Under the pieces are notes generated by a model. That model saw nothing but the letters and a program-made list of their open reading frames with translations, had not been told where the DNA came from and did not search any database. Shown piece by piece: positions 61,170-64,000 of a stretch of 64,000 bases of DNA. The stretch's first letter is position 1. Every line of letters begins with the position of its first letter. This DNA comes from Eledone cirrhosa (lineage: Eukaryota), in assembly GCA_964016885.1 (NCBI GenBank), contig OZ024743.1, positions 5,766,001-5,830,000 of the forward strand. Direction: 5' to 3'. The position numbers and the translations under genes were made by a program.

Positions 61170-64000
61170 GCTTTATCTGAGCAGTGGAAATATGCTTTTG
61201 GTGTTTAGCAGTCAGTAGTCTCTTAGTCAGTGACACTTTATCTGAGCAGTGAAAACATGTCTTTGTCCCTCATCAGTAAGTAGTCTGTTAGTCAGTGTCA
61301 CCTTAGCTGAGCAGTCAAAACACACCTCTAGCCCCCAGTAGTCTGTTAGTCAGTGTCACCTTAGCTGAGCAGTCAAAACACACCTCTAGCCCCCAGTAGT
61401 CTGTTAGTCAGTGTTGTCTTAGCCAAGCAGTCAAAACACACCTCTAGCCCCCAGTAGTCTGTTAGTCAGTGTTGTCTTAGCCAAGCAGTTAAAACACACC
61501 TCTAGCCCCCAGTAGTCTGTTAGTCAGTGTTGTCTTAGCCAAGCAGTCAAAACACACCTCTAGCCCCCAGTAGTCTGTTAGTCAGTGTTGTCTTAGCCAA
61601 GCAGTTAAAACACATCTCTAGCCCCCAGTAGTCTGTTAGTCAGTGTTGTCTTAGCCAAGCAGTTAAAACACACCTCTAGCTCCCAGTAGTCTGTTAGTCA
61701 GTGTTGTCTTAGCCAAGCAGTTAAAACACACCTCTAGCCCCCAGTAGTCTGTTAGTCAGTGTCACCTTAGCCAAGCAGTTAAAACACACCTCTAGACCCC
61801 AGTAGTCTGTTAGTCAGTGTTGTCTTAGCCAAGCAGTTAAAACACATCTCTAGCTCCCAGTAGTCTGTTAGTCAGTGTCACCTTAGCCAAGCAGTTAAAA
61901 CACACCTCTAGACCCCAGTAGTCTGTTAGTCAGTATCACCTTAGCTGAGCAGTTAAAACACACCTCTAGCCCCCAGTAGTCTGTTAGTCAGTGTTGTCTT
62001 AGCCAAGCAGTCAAAACAGACCTCTAGCCCCCAGTAGTCTGTTAGTCAGTGTTGTCTTAGCCAAGCAGTCAAAACACACCTCTAGCCCCCAGTAGTCTGT
62101 TAGTCAGTGTTGTCTTAGCCAAGCAGTAAAAACACACCTCTAGCCCCCAGTAGTCTGTTAGTCAGTGTCACCTTAGCCAAGCAGTTAAAACACATCTCTA
62201 GCTCCCAGTAGTCTGTTAGTCAGTGTTGTCTTAGCCAAGCAGTCAAAACACACCTCTAGCCCCCAGTAGTCTGTTAGTCAGTGTTGTCTTAGCCAAGCAG
62301 TTAAAACACATCTCTAGACCCCAGTAGTCTGTTAGTCAGTGTTGTCTTAGCCAAGCAGTTAAAACACACCTCTAGCTCCCAGTAGTCTGTTAGTCAGTGT
62401 TGTCTTAGCCAAGCAGTTAAAACACACCTCTAGCCCCCAGTAGTCTGTTAGTCAGTGTCACCTTAGCCAAGCAGTTAAAACACACCTCTAGACCCCAGTA
62501 GTCTGTTAGTCAGTGTTGTCTTAGCCAAGCAGTTATAACACATCTCTAGCTCCCAGTAGTCTGATAGTCAGTGTCACCTTAGCCAAGCAGTTAAAAACAC
62601 ACCTCTAGACCCCAGTAGTCTGTTAGTCAGTATCACCTTAGCTGAGCAGTTAAAACACACCTCTAGCTCCCAATAGTCTGTTAGTCAGTGTTGTCTTAGC
62701 CAAGCAGTCAAAACACACCTCTAGCCCCCAGTAGTCTGTTAGTCAGTGTTGTCTTAGCCAAGCAGTCAAAACACACCTCTAGACCCCAGTAGTCTGTTAG
62801 TCAGTGTTGTCTTAGCCAAGCAGTCAAAACACACCTTTAGACCCCAGTAGTCTGTTAGTCAGTGTCACCTTAGCCAAGCAGTTAAAACACACCTCTAGCC
62901 CCCAGTAGTCTGTTAGTCAGTGTTGTCTTAGCCAAGCAGTTAAAACGCATCTCTAGCCCCCAGTAGTCTGTTAGTCAGTGTTGTCTTATCCAAGCAGTCA
63001 AAACACACCTCTAGACCCCAGTAGTCTGTTAGTCAGTGTTGCCTTAGCCAAGCAGTCACAATACACCTCTAGACCCCAGTAGTCTGTTAGTCAGTGTTGT
63101 CTTAGCCAAGCAGTCACAACACACCTCTAGAGCCCAGTAGTCTGTTAGTCAGTGTCACCTTAGCTGAGCAGTTAAAACACACCTCTAGCTCCCAGTAGTC
63201 TGTTAGTCAGTATCACCTTAGCCAAGCAGTTAAAACACATCTCTAGACCCCAGTAGTCTGTTAGTCAGTGTTGTCTTAGCCAAGCAGTTAAAACACACCT
63301 CTAGACCCCAGTAGTCTGTTAGTCAGTGTTGTCTTAGCCAAGCAGTTAAAACACACCTCTAGACCCCAGTAGTCTGTTAGTCAGTGTTGTCTTAGCCAAG
63401 CGGTTAAAACACACCTCTAGACCCCAGTAGTCTGTTAGTCAGTGTTGTCTTAGCTGAGCAGTCACAACACACCTCTAGACCCCAGTAGTCTGTTAGTCAG
63501 TGTTGTCTTAGCCAAGCAGTTAAAACACACCTCTAGCCCCCAGTAGTCTGTTAGTCAGTGTTGTCTTAGCCAAGCGGTTATAACACACCTCTAGACCCCA
63601 GTAGTCTGTTAGTCAGTGTTTTCTTAGCCAAGCAGTTAAAACACACCTCTAGCCCCCAGTAGTCTGTTAGTCAGTGTTGTCTTAGCCAAGCGGTTAAAAC
63701 ACACCTCTAGACCCCAGTAGTCTGTTAGTCAGTGTTTTCTTAGCCAAGCAGTTAAAACACACCTCTAGCTCCCAGTAGTCTGTTTGTCAGTGTTGTCTTA
63801 GCTGAGCAGTTAAAACACACCTCTAGACCCCAGTAGTCTGTTAGTCAGTGTTGTCTTAGCCAAGCAGTTAAAACACACCTCTAGACCCCAGTAGTCTGTT
63901 AGTCAGCGTTGTCTTAGCCAAGCAGTCACAACACACCTCTAGCCCCCAGTAGTCTGTTAGTCAGTATCACCTTAGCTGAGCAGTTAAAACACACCTCTAG
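61170..64000. repeat. 58-bp tandem satellite, about 47 copies, running off the window
   Basis: Unit AGCAGTTAAAACACACCTCTAGCCCCCAGTAGTCTGTTAGTCAGTGTTGTCTTAGCCA. Two longer, diverged units at 61170-61305. Confidence 0.97.

Noticed and set aside
61300-64000. CRISPR-like regular array
   Set aside because: Units are contiguous with no unique spacers, there are no cas genes, and the context is eukaryotic. It is a satellite.
43333-64000. Remaining ALDH5A1 exons (catalytic Cys onward)
   Set aside because: No TCV/ANR, GPLI or EEIFGP-coding segment found by eye. They probably lie downstream of the window.

Overview
AT-rich, repeat-dense animal genomic DNA. The RTE LINEs with (GAT)n tails, the SINE types and the (TA)n/(CA)n load suggest an octopod cephalopod; this is inference, not a database result. 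The only host gene I can support is a + strand succinate-semialdehyde dehydrogenase (ALDH5A1/SSADH). Seven coding exons at 30567-43332 splice in frame with GT-AG ends, and the catalytic-Cys exon lies beyond the window, so the last intron exceeds 20 kb. The rest is mobile DNA: many 5'-truncated RTE LINEs with a C4HC3 PHD-like finger inside ORF2, CR1 LINEs, five CRE-like fragments, tRNA-derived SINEs, piggyBac and Tc1 MITEs, a pogo relic, a hAT/Buster element with TIRs and an 8-bp TSD, a near full-length Penelope (RT + GIY-YIG) with tandem pLTRs and an inverted arm, and three tandem arrays. The most interesting signals are: (i) several minimal type-I hammerhead ribozyme motifs, in the Penelope pLTRs and in non-coding palindromic elements sitting in (TA)n tracts; (ii) nested inverted CR1 pairs around phase-0 ALDH5A1 exon blocks, which predict stop-free circRNAs and long ADAR substrates; (iii) a 26-bp inverted target duplication around the Penelope insertion.
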